From positions 254,984 to 318,983 of the forward strand of contig JBAZRG010000001.1 of assembly GCA_041663145.1 (NCBI GenBank): a stretch of DNA of 64,000 nucleotides, in the 5' to 3' direction. Position 1 is the first letter of the stretch, and every line of letters begins with the position of its first letter. Below the pieces are notes generated by a model that was given only the letters and a program-made list of their open reading frames with translations, was not told the DNA's origin and made no database searches. Shown here piece after piece: positions 29,340-38,883 of the stretch. The stretch is from Minisyncoccota bacterium (GTDB taxonomy: Bacteria; Patescibacteriota; Minisyncoccia; Phycocordibacterales; PALSA-1337). The position numbers and the translations under genes were made by a program.

Positions 29340-31928
29340 TTATTTGCTTTTTTCCTTTATAGGTAAAGTACTTCTCTTTTCTGGGTTTGGCGTAATCGGT
29401 GCCACAGCATCGGTAAAGATCGGTTGACCGGATTTCAAGTTTGATAAGATGAGAGATATCTCTTGATTGTCTGGATTTGTTTTGGATATCTCTTCGAACT
29501 CACGAATAGCATCGGTGGATTTGTTTTGACGAGCATAAGATAGACCCAGGAAATAACGAGCATTGGCATAATCAGTCTGATATTTAGTAGCTGCCGCAAA
29601 CGCCACTTCAGCTGCCGGATAATTTTTCATATTATACTCGAGCAAACCTAACTGGAACAAGATGATCGGATTTTCCGGATTGATCTCTAGAGCGACTTTG
29701 GCGGCGATAATAGCGTCCGGCAAATTACCTTTGGCCGCGTAGATCTGTGACAAGAGGAATATAGCGTCGAGATAATTGTTCTTCGTTTGAAGAGCGGCGC
29801 CGGTCGAAGTCAGAGCATCGTCCAACTTATTCATTCGAGCTTGCAATTTCGCCAAACCGAGATATAGCGAAGGGTTAAATGGATTTAGTCCGATAGCCTT
29901 ACCATATGACTGGACTGCATTTTCATAACCGTTTGCCATCTGTAGACCAGCGGCAAATTCTGATACACGAGCTTCGGAAACAAAGTTGTAATAATTCGTA
30001 GGATCAAAATTTATAGCATTTCTGGAATATGTAAGTGCCTGATTTGTAGCCTCAACTATCTGAGTCATCACTGTTTCTGTTGTCGAGGCAGTACTCGTAT
30101 TTGATAGGGATGAAGCCAGTTTGTTTGCATATGCCATAGATGCTTCGGCTCGGGCTTGCCAATATACATCCGACGAATCGATAGCTTGGGCTTTACGGAA
30201 ATAAGCATCGGCCAAGACCGGATCGCCTGTCACATTTAGTTCACTGATTCCCTTTCCGAAATAAGACAAAGCTAATGTCTTCTTTGCATAAACTACTCCC
30301 AGAATAGCCGCAATGACTATAAGTAGCAGAATAAATGCAAACATTGTCTTTGACCATTTATCCCCAGATCTCGGAGTCCAGACCCATGAATTGAGTAATC
30401 CGTAAGAAGCAGCCGAACCAAAGAATATTCCAGTCATAACAAATGTGAGGAATATGATGGCGTGTGAAGGAACGTAGATGAAGAGTGTTAACCACAAGAA
30501 CACCGTGCCAGTATAAGATGACAGAATTGTAAAACGACTTATTTCATCATTCGGCATTCGACGCAATACTCGATATCCAGATATACCTAGAAATACAAAG
30601 AATATGAGCCAGAGGATCGATCCGATCGTACCTTGTGCTGAAATCAGTGTTGGTACATATCCAAATCCGCTGTTAAATTCAACATTCCAAGCCGGGGTTG
30701 AATTTATAATATTTGGTTTATACGCGAGAAATGCCTGTAGGAAATGGTTTGATCCAACTCCCAATAATGGATAATTCTTGATTGTTCCAGCCGTAACATC
30801 TAGGGTCATCTGCCAAGGCAAAGATAGTTCGGAATGACCACCATATATCTTCGAAACAACTGGTGATAATATCGATTCATTTTTCCATGAAAGCAAAGCT
30901 AGTAGGATACAAATGACTAGAGGAATCCATGCCAGACGACTGAAGAAAGAACCTATACCTGTTCCTGTTTTTGGTCGCACCGATGTTACATATATGGTGT
31001 ATCCAACAAAAGTTAGGAAAAGCAATGCCCAAATAAATGGAATATTGATGATAAGTGCACCGATCGTGGAGACAGCCAAAAGTATCCAGTAGAGCATCTT
31101 TGACTTCGAAGTCATGGTAAGTGTCGACAAAGCGATAAATGAAACTATAGCGACTACGATTGAGAACAAACCGAGACTATACCAATTACCTACAATACTA
31201 GAAGTTGCAGAATTCAAAACAGATAATGTGGCAAAATTTGGTCCAAATACGATTCGAAGCAAATGAAATACAAATAGAATCAGATACGATGTAGCCATGA
31301 CTGTGTACAACAAGACCGCTCTTTCACTTTTTCGATAGACCAAAGCAAAGGCGACCAGAGCTGAGACAAAAAGCGCGATCAAGAAACCTGCTGTGCCACT
31401 TTCAAATCCTTGACCAAATAATGATCGTTCTATATTGATACTTACTAATGATGACACCAAGAGTGATATCACTAGAAGACTAGCAGTCCACGATATATTT
31501 TTTGGTGGCAAAGCCAATCGTCTTTCTCGAATAGCAATCACACCAAATAGAATAGCTGAAACCACAGTACCAACAACAATGACAAAACTCTTAACTGACT
31601 CCATGGGCAGATATTGTGTCGGCCAAAAAGATATCGGGACCAGAAAAGCTGTGAGCATGAAGATATTGAAAGCCCATTTCTCTAGTCTATCTTTCTTCGT
31701 AACAGTTTCTGGAGTGGTGACCTTTGCTTTCGTATCAACGAACCTCACATTCTCCACAGGCTTCACACTTTCAACTGGCTTTGGCGATTGGATCGAATCT
31801 ATATGAGTATTGTTATATTTAGGCGGTATAGTTGGCATATCAGGATGTGAACGCTGATCATTATTGTATTTATTCATATTTGGATTATTCGACTGCCTGT
31901 TATTTTGAAATGGTGAAGCTGGGTTCAT
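29340..31928 (-). CDS. polytopic membrane protein with C-terminal TPR repeats (O-antigen ligase/Wzy-like candidate)
   Basis: 862 aa; Asn/Pro-rich N-terminus, more than 12 TM helices, then 6 or more TPR-like repeats. Confidence 0.45.
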   Translation of the reverse strand: MNPASPFQNNRQSNNPNMNKYNNDQRSHPDMPTIPPKYNNTHIDSIQSPKPVESVKPVENVRFVDTKAKVTTPETVTKKDRLEKWAFNIFMLTAFLVPISFWPTQYLPMESVKSFVIVVGTVVSAILFGVIAIRERRLALPPKNISWTASLLVISLLVSSLVSINIERSLFGQGFESGTAGFLIALFVSALVAFALVYRKSERAVLLYTVMATSYLILFVFHLLRIVFGPNFATLSVLNSATSSIVGNWYSLGLFSIVVAIVSFIALSTLTMTSKSKMLYWILLAVSTIGALIINIPFIWALLFLTFVGYTIYVTSVRPKTGTGIGSFFSRLAWIPLVICILLALLSWKNESILSPVVSKIYGGHSELSLPWQMTLDVTAGTIKNYPLLGVGSNHFLQAFLAYKPNIINSTPAWNVEFNSGFGYVPTLISAQGTIGSILWLIFFVFLGISGYRVLRRMPNDEISRFTILSSYTGTVFLWLTLFIYVPSHAIIFLTFVMTGIFFGSAASYGLLNSWVWTPRSGDKWSKTMFAFILLLIVIAAILGVVYAKKTLALSYFGKGISELNVTGDPVLADAYFRKAQAIDSSDVYWQARAEASMAYANKLASSLSNTSTASTTETVMTQIVEATNQALTYSRNAINFDPTNYYNFVSEARVSEFAAGLQMANGYENAVQSYGKAIGLNPFNPSLYLGLAKLQARMNKLDDALTSTGAALQTKNNYLDAIFLLSQIYAAKGNLPDAIIAAKVALEINPENPIILFQLGLLEYNMKNYPAAEVAFAAATKYQTDYANARYFLGLSYARQNKSTDAIREFEEISKTNPDNQEISLILSNLKSGQPIFTDAVAPITPNPEKRSTLPIKEKSK

Positions 31929-32039
31929 ACGTTTTATAATTAAGGATTAATTAATGGATATTATAGCAGATATTATTTTAATCAACATAGCAAAAAGTAC
32001 ATAAAATTGGGTATTACCTAAAGGCAAAGATTTTAGGAG

Positions 32040-32072
32040 ATAAAGAAAACGTCCCGGTTTTTGCCGGGACGT
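32040..32072 (-). terminator. rho-independent terminator of rnpB
   Basis: On minus strand ACGTCCCGG-caaaaa-CCGGGACGT followed by TTTTCTTT. Confidence 0.65.
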
Positions 32073-32077
32073 CTCCA

Positions 32078-32516
32078 TATTGTCATACCATAAGCCGAAT
32101 TCTGTGTCAGTCATAGAACTCAATCGAGTCCTTGTGACCTTAACAACCATTTATCTTGTCCGACACTTGCGTGCCGGATCTAGCGGTTCTTCCTTCCAAC
32201 TTTTACTTGCGCAGAAGTTGAGAGGACACGACCTTGCACCGAGGTAAGGATTTTGCCGTTGCACCCCACGCGTTACCGCGCGGACTGATCCTAACAAATT
32301 GTGAGGATCCATGATTCATTTCCAAATCATGCGTCTCTGTTCGCACCTCTGGGCGTTACCCTGACGGGCGTTACCTCATAACACCGTAAGGTGTCATGAT
32401 TCCGATATAAATCGGAACGCTACCCTGCTATCATCGCTTTCGCGATGCCGGTGTTCGGACTTTCCTCATCTTGCAAAGCCCGAAAGCTTCACAAAACGTA
32501 GTTGTTTGGTACAACG
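32078..32516 (-). ncRNA. rnpB: RNase P RNA (bacterial type), ends approximate
   Basis: Minus strand carries GAGGAAAGTCCGAACACC (CR-I), ...CAGGGTAACGCCCAG..., GCGAACAGAGACGC, and the 3' ACACAGAATTCGGCTTATGG (P4 ACAGAAYCCGGCUUA homolog); 670 bp region without ORFs. Confidence 0.85.
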
Positions 32517-32522
32517 GTGGTA

Positions 32523-32551
32523 AGTATAGCATAAATCGATGTGTTTGACAA
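32523..32551 (-). promoter_or_regulatory. sigma70-type promoter of rnpB (TTGTCA-17-TGcTATACT)
   Basis: Consensus hexamers with extended -10 TG; same -10 context (ATGCTATACT) as the R1-R3 modules. Confidence 0.6.
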
Positions 32552-32581
32552 GTGTTGCAATTAGGGTGCTAATTCACTTGG

Positions 32582-32739
32582 TAGGAGCTTAGTGAACATT
32601 GTTCCTCATCTCCTCGCAAGGTCACCCACTCCAAATTGCAACCACATATCAGCAGATGGAACTACTGATATGTGGGCAATTTGTTCGGGGTTCGAATCGC
32701 ATTGCGAGTCGTTTCGGAACAATATTCACTAAGCTCCTA
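32582..32739 (+). ncRNA. S-element copy 1: extended hairpin with conserved 12 nt loop and T-loop-like motif (candidate structured RNA, strand uncertain)
   Basis: Outer 24 bp IR, conserved internal sequences, inner 11 bp stem, loop CAGATGGAACTA; covaries with copy at 50960-51117. Confidence 0.5.
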
Positions 32740-32816
32740 TGACACGTACGGAACGCTCACTGATATGCCCTCCTGACGAGCTTATGTCATAGAGTTGTGT
32801 TTTTGAAGCGTTTTCC

Positions 32817-35137
32817 TTACACAATTTCGCAAACTCCTGACACACACGCCAACTCTTTCTTCAGATCCGTCTCGTTTTGTTTTTCGTAAGTTATAATCTT
32901 CGAATAATCCACATGTTCCAAGCGCTTTGCAAGCTCTTTATATTTCTTTTCATCTATAGACTCATACGGAGCCAGCTTATAGACAGCATCCTCGCGTGGC
33001 AAGAATGACAGACCTCCGCAGATATCCCAATTTTCATAGACCCAGTTTGCAACCGCTATCCATTCATCATTACCTATAGAGATAGTGACTGAAGGATTGT
33101 GTTCTGTATAATTTTCCTTGACCATTTTCCAATACTCCAACTGCTGCAATGCTGTCTGATCATCTCGAAAGACCGAACCAGCTGGTGCTTTGACTGGAAA
33201 CTCTAGAACGTAGGTATTGGCGGACTCGGGTGATTGGCCAACCTCCGGGTTATAAGGTACACCTTGATCTTTGAGCATTTTGAATAACGAATCGGTCGAT
33301 GAGATCCTGATGCGACGAATATAGAACTTGGAGTGTCTCGGGTGCATACCTGAAGAACAATCAACAGTTTGTGACAAGGTTCCGGACGGTTTTACACAAG
33401 TTATAGCAGTTGATTCCCCTATTCCAAAACGTTTTGCATACTCTTTATTTATTCGTATTGCCTCAGCTTTTAGTCTACGCATGACCTCTGGCTTACGGAC
33501 AGCTGGACTATCCCACTGACCAGTGATAGATACTCCGAGCAATCTTTCACGTTCACAATGATCTTTCCATTCTTTGGACAAATACTGGAAATTTGTAAGA
33601 GATGACTGATACGTACCGAGAATGGTCGCGATTCGCATCTTCTTCATGAGAGTAGCTTCGGTATCTTCGGCTCGAGCCACGATCTCGGACAGATTACAGA
33701 ACTGTTTTGATTGAAGAATAATCTCACCACACGGATTTGTACCGATAGGTCCGATGATATGTTGACCAGTCGAATCGAAATAGCCCTTGTATTCTTTCAA
33801 AACTTTTATGCGCCTCTCTGGAAGAGTTTTTGCCAATGAACCGCGATTGAATATCCCACGTTCACCAGACCTACTCTCGACAAGTGCCATCCATTCCTTC
33901 AAAAATTCTTCATTTGTCGGCTTGTTGATATATACAGCGGAATTGTTAGCGAGCATTCTGTGAGGATGAGTCATGTAGAAAGCACCCTTCTTTGCATCAC
34001 GAATGAGTTCATCGCCGAGATCAGACAAAGAAATCATGGCGCTTCGTCTCACACCGCCAGCCACCACACAATCTCCGATCATACAGATGATATCGTGCAG
34101 ATCGAGCGGGCGTAGACGTTTACCTTGGCGAGCCAACATGATTTGTCTCGTAAATGACAGAAGTCGAATAAGAGGTGCCGGACCAGATGATTTGCCACCC
34201 ATAACTTTGAGACGCGCGCCTTCAGGGCGTAATTGGGAGAAATCAAAATCGATGTCACTGCCGGAAGCCCAGGTCTTCATACCTAGGACAAGCGAATTTG
34301 CCCATCCTTCTTTGCTATCTGGAACAACGTGTACAGGAAGTTTATCGCCATTTTGCATCATAATCTGCGGAAACTTCTCGACATTGGCACTTTCGACTGC
34401 CCAACCGCAACCTGTACCATTCATAGAGATATGAATGATCTCACCGAGATCTTGGAATGATTCTGGAGCGATAAAAGAACAGTTATATGCACAAATATTG
34501 TCTCTACGTGCTGGAGTGCCAGCAAACTGTAAGAGTCTCATCGACGGCATGGCCTGGTGATTTAGGATAGCTTCTCTAATCTCTTTGTATTCGCTTTCTT
34601 TGAGCTTATTGCCGAGATTCTCCTTCATGAAAGTGAGATACCGATCGACAGTCTCTATCCATGTCTCACGACGATTTTCAGAATCTATCCAGCGAGCATA
34701 AGAACGATAGTAAACGAACTCACCTAAAGCATTTCTAAAATATTTTTTGGAATCAGTAGCGAGCTTGCGAACATTTTCCGGAACTTCAAAACCTACAGAA
34801 CGCAGTTTTGCTCGTTCTTCACGATAAATAACGTAGTGTTTGGCGGCTTTGACATAGTCAGAGCGCATTAGCTCGGCCTCAACTATATCCTGAACACCTT
34901 CAACTGTAGGGATGAAGTTAGAAAATTTTCTTTTGATCCTAGTAAGCTCATTTTGAACCTGAGTTGCAACAACTCCAGCCTCTTCGATGGATCCTTCATT
35001 GACCGCGTTCATGCCCTTCCAGATGGCATTTGTGATTTTGGCAAGATCGAATGGAACGATTCGACCGTCTCTTTTGATAATCGTGGGGATTGAAACAACC
35101 TTACCCGCGGTTGTGGCGGATTTTTTCTTCTTTGGCA
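32817..35137 (-). CDS. ribonucleotide reductase, large catalytic protein with N-terminal ATP-cone (probably adenosylcobalamin-dependent class II)
   Basis: NPCGEI active-site motif, ATP-cone (VPFDLAKI...), C-terminal Cys pairs, no adjacent NrdB; start placed at ATG giving MPKKKK (the ORF track starts at an upstream TTG). Confidence 0.8.
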
Positions 35138-35330
35138 TATGTGTGCGTAGGCGGCTACGCAAGTGCTAATGTCTTATAATTTTTCGATCAATTTAACTGC
35201 TATTTAATTTCATTGTACAACCTATGACACTCTCCAACAATAAATTATCCTGTGGATAGTGACTTTCGTCACAATTTTTTCAGTTTGTCTGTAATGAAAA
35301 ATAATAATTATGGATAAATTGAGTTTTTGA

Positions 35331-35792
35331 TTAAAAATTATCAAAAATCAACTGAGTACCAGTAGCCAGACTCATTTTAGCAGCAGTTCCAGCATTCAAT
35401 TCTAAAACAAATTTTATCGGGCTTGGCGGATAAAAAGAATTTGGAAAAGAATCGACTGGAATATTCGAAGTGATGCCGACTACCTTCATATCTTCATCGA
35501 TCCAAATCATATCTAAAGGAAAATTCATATCATTCATCCAAAATCCGGGCGTATTTGGTTGAGTATATGCAAACAACATACCATGATTACTTGCTAGGGT
35601 CTCTCGATTACTCAAGCCCAATTGCATCGACGACGGCGTATCTGCTATTTCGACTTGGATTTCTCCCGAAGGAGCGGATATCTTAGTTGTTTTGACGTTA
35701 ATGGAATCATCATCTCTCGAAACAAAGACAAGACTAAAAATAAATATTGTTAGAATAGCAATTATTATCGAGATCTTTATAGAATTTTTCAT
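35331..35792 (-). CDS. DUF192 domain protein (COG1430), exported
   Basis: 153 aa; N-terminal TM/signal; ...GMLFAY...GFWM...PLDMIWID pattern. Confidence 0.65.
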   Translation of the reverse strand: MKNSIKISIIIAILTIFIFSLVFVSRDDDSINVKTTKISAPSGEIQVEIADTPSSMQLGLSNRETLASNHGMLFAYTQPNTPGFWMNDMNFPLDMIWIDEDMKVVGITSNIPVDSFPNSFYPPSPIKFVLELNAGTAAKMSLATGTQLIFDNF

Positions 35793-35864
35793 GACATTAC
35801 GTCTTGATACGACCTTATTATCATTGTATTATTGAATATTATATAACAAATTAAGAAATAATCT

Positions 35865-36278
35865 ATGTATTCAATCAATTTTCTGCCAATCCTAATTTCA
35901 TCAGTGGTAGCTTTTGGTCTCGGAGCATTCTGGTACTCCCCTTTTATCTTTGGTCGAGAGTGGATGACGTTAACAAAGATCTCCAAATCAGACATGATGG
36001 CAACTCAAGCCAAAGGTGTTTGGAAATCATATCTTATTCAATTCATCGCGACATTTGTGACATTCGCCGTCCTCGGTTTTTTGATCTCAGCCTCTGGTGC
36101 AAATTCAGCTGCTGATGGTGCATTTCTAGGAATAATCGTCTGGATCGGTTTCGTCCTAACTGACGCATCAGGCGCTTTGTTATGGGAACGCAAGCCCATG
36201 AAGCTCATCCTCATCAATACCACAATCACTTTAATGACTCTTCTCGTCGGCGGAGCGATCATTGGAGCCTGGAGGTAG
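35865..36278 (+). CDS. DUF1761 family membrane protein
   Basis: 137 aa; 4 TM, AFWYSPFIFG motif. Confidence 0.55.
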   Translation: MYSINFLPILISSVVAFGLGAFWYSPFIFGREWMTLTKISKSDMMATQAKGVWKSYLIQFIATFVTFAVLGFLISASGANSAADGAFLGIIVWIGFVLTDASGALLWERKPMKLILINTTITLMTLLVGGAIIGAWR

Positions 36279-36331
36279 GTTGGGGTGATTGAAGTAAAAA
36301 ATAAATAACGAATTTTTGGTATACTGAGACA

Positions 36332-37180
36332 ATGAAATCTCTGTTGCGATGGTTAAAAAGAATATTATATTTTGTCTTGGCTATTGTAATTCTTGTCGGA
36401 TGCCTATTCACCATCGTTCATTTTATAACCAAACCATCAAATGATCGTGATTGGAACACAGATCAGAAAACCCTACCTTATGCAGAAATAAACAACAATC
36501 TGATATCGGTTTACAATATCAGGAATTTCTCATACGCCTCAACGACAAGTTATATGCCGAATTACTACGATAAAGTGTTTGATTTGAATAAACTGAAAAA
36601 AGTTTGGTACATAGTGGAACCATTTTCAGGTATACCTGGTTCAGCTCACACATTTTTGAGTTTTGAATTTGAGGACAATCGGTTTATTTCCATATCAGTC
36701 GAAATCCGTAAGGAAAAAGGCGAAGCGTATAGTCCAGTCAAGGGTCTCTTCAATAAATACGAGCTAATGTATGTAGTGGCTGACGAAAATGATGTCGTCA
36801 AACTTCGCTCAAACTATCGTAAGGATCTGGTATATGTTTATCCAGCAAAAGCGACAGTCGAAAAGGCCCGCGCTTTATTCTTGGACATGATAGAGCGAGT
36901 AAATGATCTTAGAGATCACCCTGAATTTTATAATACGATCACAAACACTTGTACCACAAATATCGTAAAACATATCGATAAAATTACTCCCAATAGAGTG
37001 CCTTTATTCAATCTGCGTATTCTCTTGCCAGCGAACTCTGACAAGCTCGCATATGAGCTCGACCTCATTGATACTGACCTCCCTTTTGAAGAAGCTCGTT
37101 TGCGATACTTTATAAACAATCGTGCCATGAAATACGCTGACGATCCTGATTTTTCTGTAAAGATCAGACAGGGAAAATAA
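36332..37180 (+). CDS. hypothetical membrane-anchored exported protein (possibly DUF4105/Lnb-N-like)
   Basis: 282 aa; N-terminal TM then soluble domain. Confidence 0.35.
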   Translation: MKSLLRWLKRILYFVLAIVILVGCLFTIVHFITKPSNDRDWNTDQKTLPYAEINNNLISVYNIRNFSYASTTSYMPNYYDKVFDLNKLKKVWYIVEPFSGIPGSAHTFLSFEFEDNRFISISVEIRKEKGEAYSPVKGLFNKYELMYVVADENDVVKLRSNYRKDLVYVYPAKATVEKARALFLDMIERVNDLRDHPEFYNTITNTCTTNIVKHIDKITPNRVPLFNLRILLPANSDKLAYELDLIDTDLPFEEARLRYFINNRAMKYADDPDFSVKIRQGK

Positions 37181-37257
37181 ATTCCGTGATATTTATTCAA
37201 CTATACACTCTGCCGTAGAATGCACCATTTTCTCTCCAAATTACGTATAATAGGTGT

Positions 37258-37665
37258 ATGAATAAAAAAACATTATTTTTTGGTGCGGTGATAATCATCA
37301 TTCTTATAGGTATTTATCTTGTCTTTAGGACAGGCGACATTCCAACCGATTCCGCCCTAGATACAAACAATCAAAATAGCTCGAGTACGGAGCAATCAGT
37401 TACACAACAATCAGATATTCAGGAATCAGAATACACACTTGCGATTGTCAGTTCTCATAATACCAATCAGAATTGTTGGATGGTAATTGATAATAAAGTA
37501 TATGATGTCACCTCCTATATTGCATCTGGCCAGCACAATAAAGATATATCAAAAGGTTGTGGCATCGATGCCACATCAATGTTCGATAAAGAAAGAAAAC
37601 ATCAAGACAACAAGGCTCAAAATCTACTGAGTGGACTTGAGATTGGCACTCTAAAAATAAATTAA
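37258..37665 (+). CDS. membrane-anchored cytochrome b5-like domain protein
   Basis: 135 aa; core YTLAIVSSHNTNQNCWMVIDNKVYDVTSYIASGQHNKD...ATSMFDKERKH aligns to cyt b5 fold (HPGG replaced by SGQHN). Confidence 0.5.
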   Translation: MNKKTLFFGAVIIIILIGIYLVFRTGDIPTDSALDTNNQNSSSTEQSVTQQSDIQESEYTLAIVSSHNTNQNCWMVIDNKVYDVTSYIASGQHNKDISKGCGIDATSMFDKERKHQDNKAQNLLSGLEIGTLKIN

Positions 37666-38856
37666 ATGTTTCAATTATCCGATTTGCTTTATGATATTGG
37701 AAAATGGATGGGTATTGCCGGTTTTATTCTTTTGACCTTGCTTATTTTTTCTGGAGATACAGCCAGATTTTGGGATAGATATATCGGACTGGATAAGATT
37801 ATAAAATTCCAAAAGAAATTCTCGTACTTTGTCGCCTTTTTTGTCATCTTACATCCTCTTTTATTTATAATAGCTAGGAAGACCGTATTTGGATTTCTAA
37901 TTCCGAATTTTTCATATGTACCGCTGGCACTTGGGATCATATCTCTCTATATATTCATCGTGGTCATGATCGCCTCGTACTTTTATAAAAGGATTTCAAA
38001 TCTGGTTTGGCAATATATACATGTACTGACATACATACTGTTTTTCTTTTCAATCTATCACGCATTCAATTGGGGATCAGACAGGGATGATTTCATCCTC
38101 ATTTACGTAGTGTCTCTGATCATGATATTAATCGGGATAATATACAGAACTCAATACAAAATTAGAAACAAAATATCAAATGCCTTCACGGTCGACAGTA
38201 TCAAACAAGAAACATCTGATACGTATACCTTGAATCTAAAAAGCAAAAAACCATTTGATTTCAAAGCTGGTCAGTTTTGTTTTTTGAGAATAAACAAGAA
38301 TAGACTTTATGCGAGACATCCATTTACGGTTTCAAGCGCGCCGAATGATAACGTCACTTCATTCACGATCAAACATGCTGGAAGGTTCACAGAGACGGCG
38401 AGGACTCTCAAGACTGGTGAAAAAATATCAGTCGAAGGACCTTTTGGTGTCTTCATTCCGAAACCTGACAAAGATCTGGTATTTATCGCCGGTGGTGTCG
38501 GGATAACACCCTTTATGAGTATTTTGAAAGATAGGATAAATAATAATTCAAATCAAAACATCACTCTCATTTATTGTTCCCGCGGAAAAGATGACATAAT
38601 CTTCAAAAATGAAATTGATTCTATAAACAAGAGCTGGTTCAAGAAAATCTATGTGTTGAATAGTACGGACGGCGCTCTATTCCCTTGCGAACAAGGATAT
38701 ATCTCCAATAAAATAATAGAAAAATACGTCAACAACATCCAAAATTCCCTTTACTATATCTGCGGTCCTGAAAAGATGAAGAATTCAGCCAAAAAGATTC
38801 TTGGAGATTTGAAGGTGGATAAGAGCAGTATTTTTACGGAAGATTTCTTTTGGTAA
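37666..38856 (+). CDS. ferric reductase/NOX-family flavocytochrome (ferric-reductase TM domain + FAD-binding + NAD(P)-binding)
   Basis: 396 aa; 6 TM with paired His, HPFTVSS (FAD RxYS-like), GGVGITPFMSIL (NAD-binding GGxGxxP), C-terminal CGPEKM. Confidence 0.7.
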   Translation: MFQLSDLLYDIGKWMGIAGFILLTLLIFSGDTARFWDRYIGLDKIIKFQKKFSYFVAFFVILHPLLFIIARKTVFGFLIPNFSYVPLALGIISLYIFIVVMIASYFYKRISNLVWQYIHVLTYILFFFSIYHAFNWGSDRDDFILIYVVSLIMILIGIIYRTQYKIRNKISNAFTVDSIKQETSDTYTLNLKSKKPFDFKAGQFCFLRINKNRLYARHPFTVSSAPNDNVTSFTIKHAGRFTETARTLKTGEKISVEGPFGVFIPKPDKDLVFIAGGVGITPFMSILKDRINNNSNQNITLIYCSRGKDDIIFKNEIDSINKSWFKKIYVLNSTDGALFPCEQGYISNKIIEKYVNNIQNSLYYICGPEKMKNSAKKILGDLKVDKSSIFTEDFFW

Positions 38857-38883
38857 GATAGTGTTTATTATTGTTTTTTCTTC

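Noticed and set aside
31947-32150. 67 aa ORF on minus strand
   Set aside because: It lies inside the rnpB terminator and 3' region and is judged spurious.
32613-32710. S-element read as a tRNA gene because of the GGGGTTCGAATC T-loop-like motif
   Set aside because: No complementary T-stem, D-arm or acceptor pairing can be drawn on either strand.
35789-35995. 68 aa minus-strand ORF overlapping the DUF1761 gene start
   Set aside because: It overlaps two better-supported genes and has no recognisable features.
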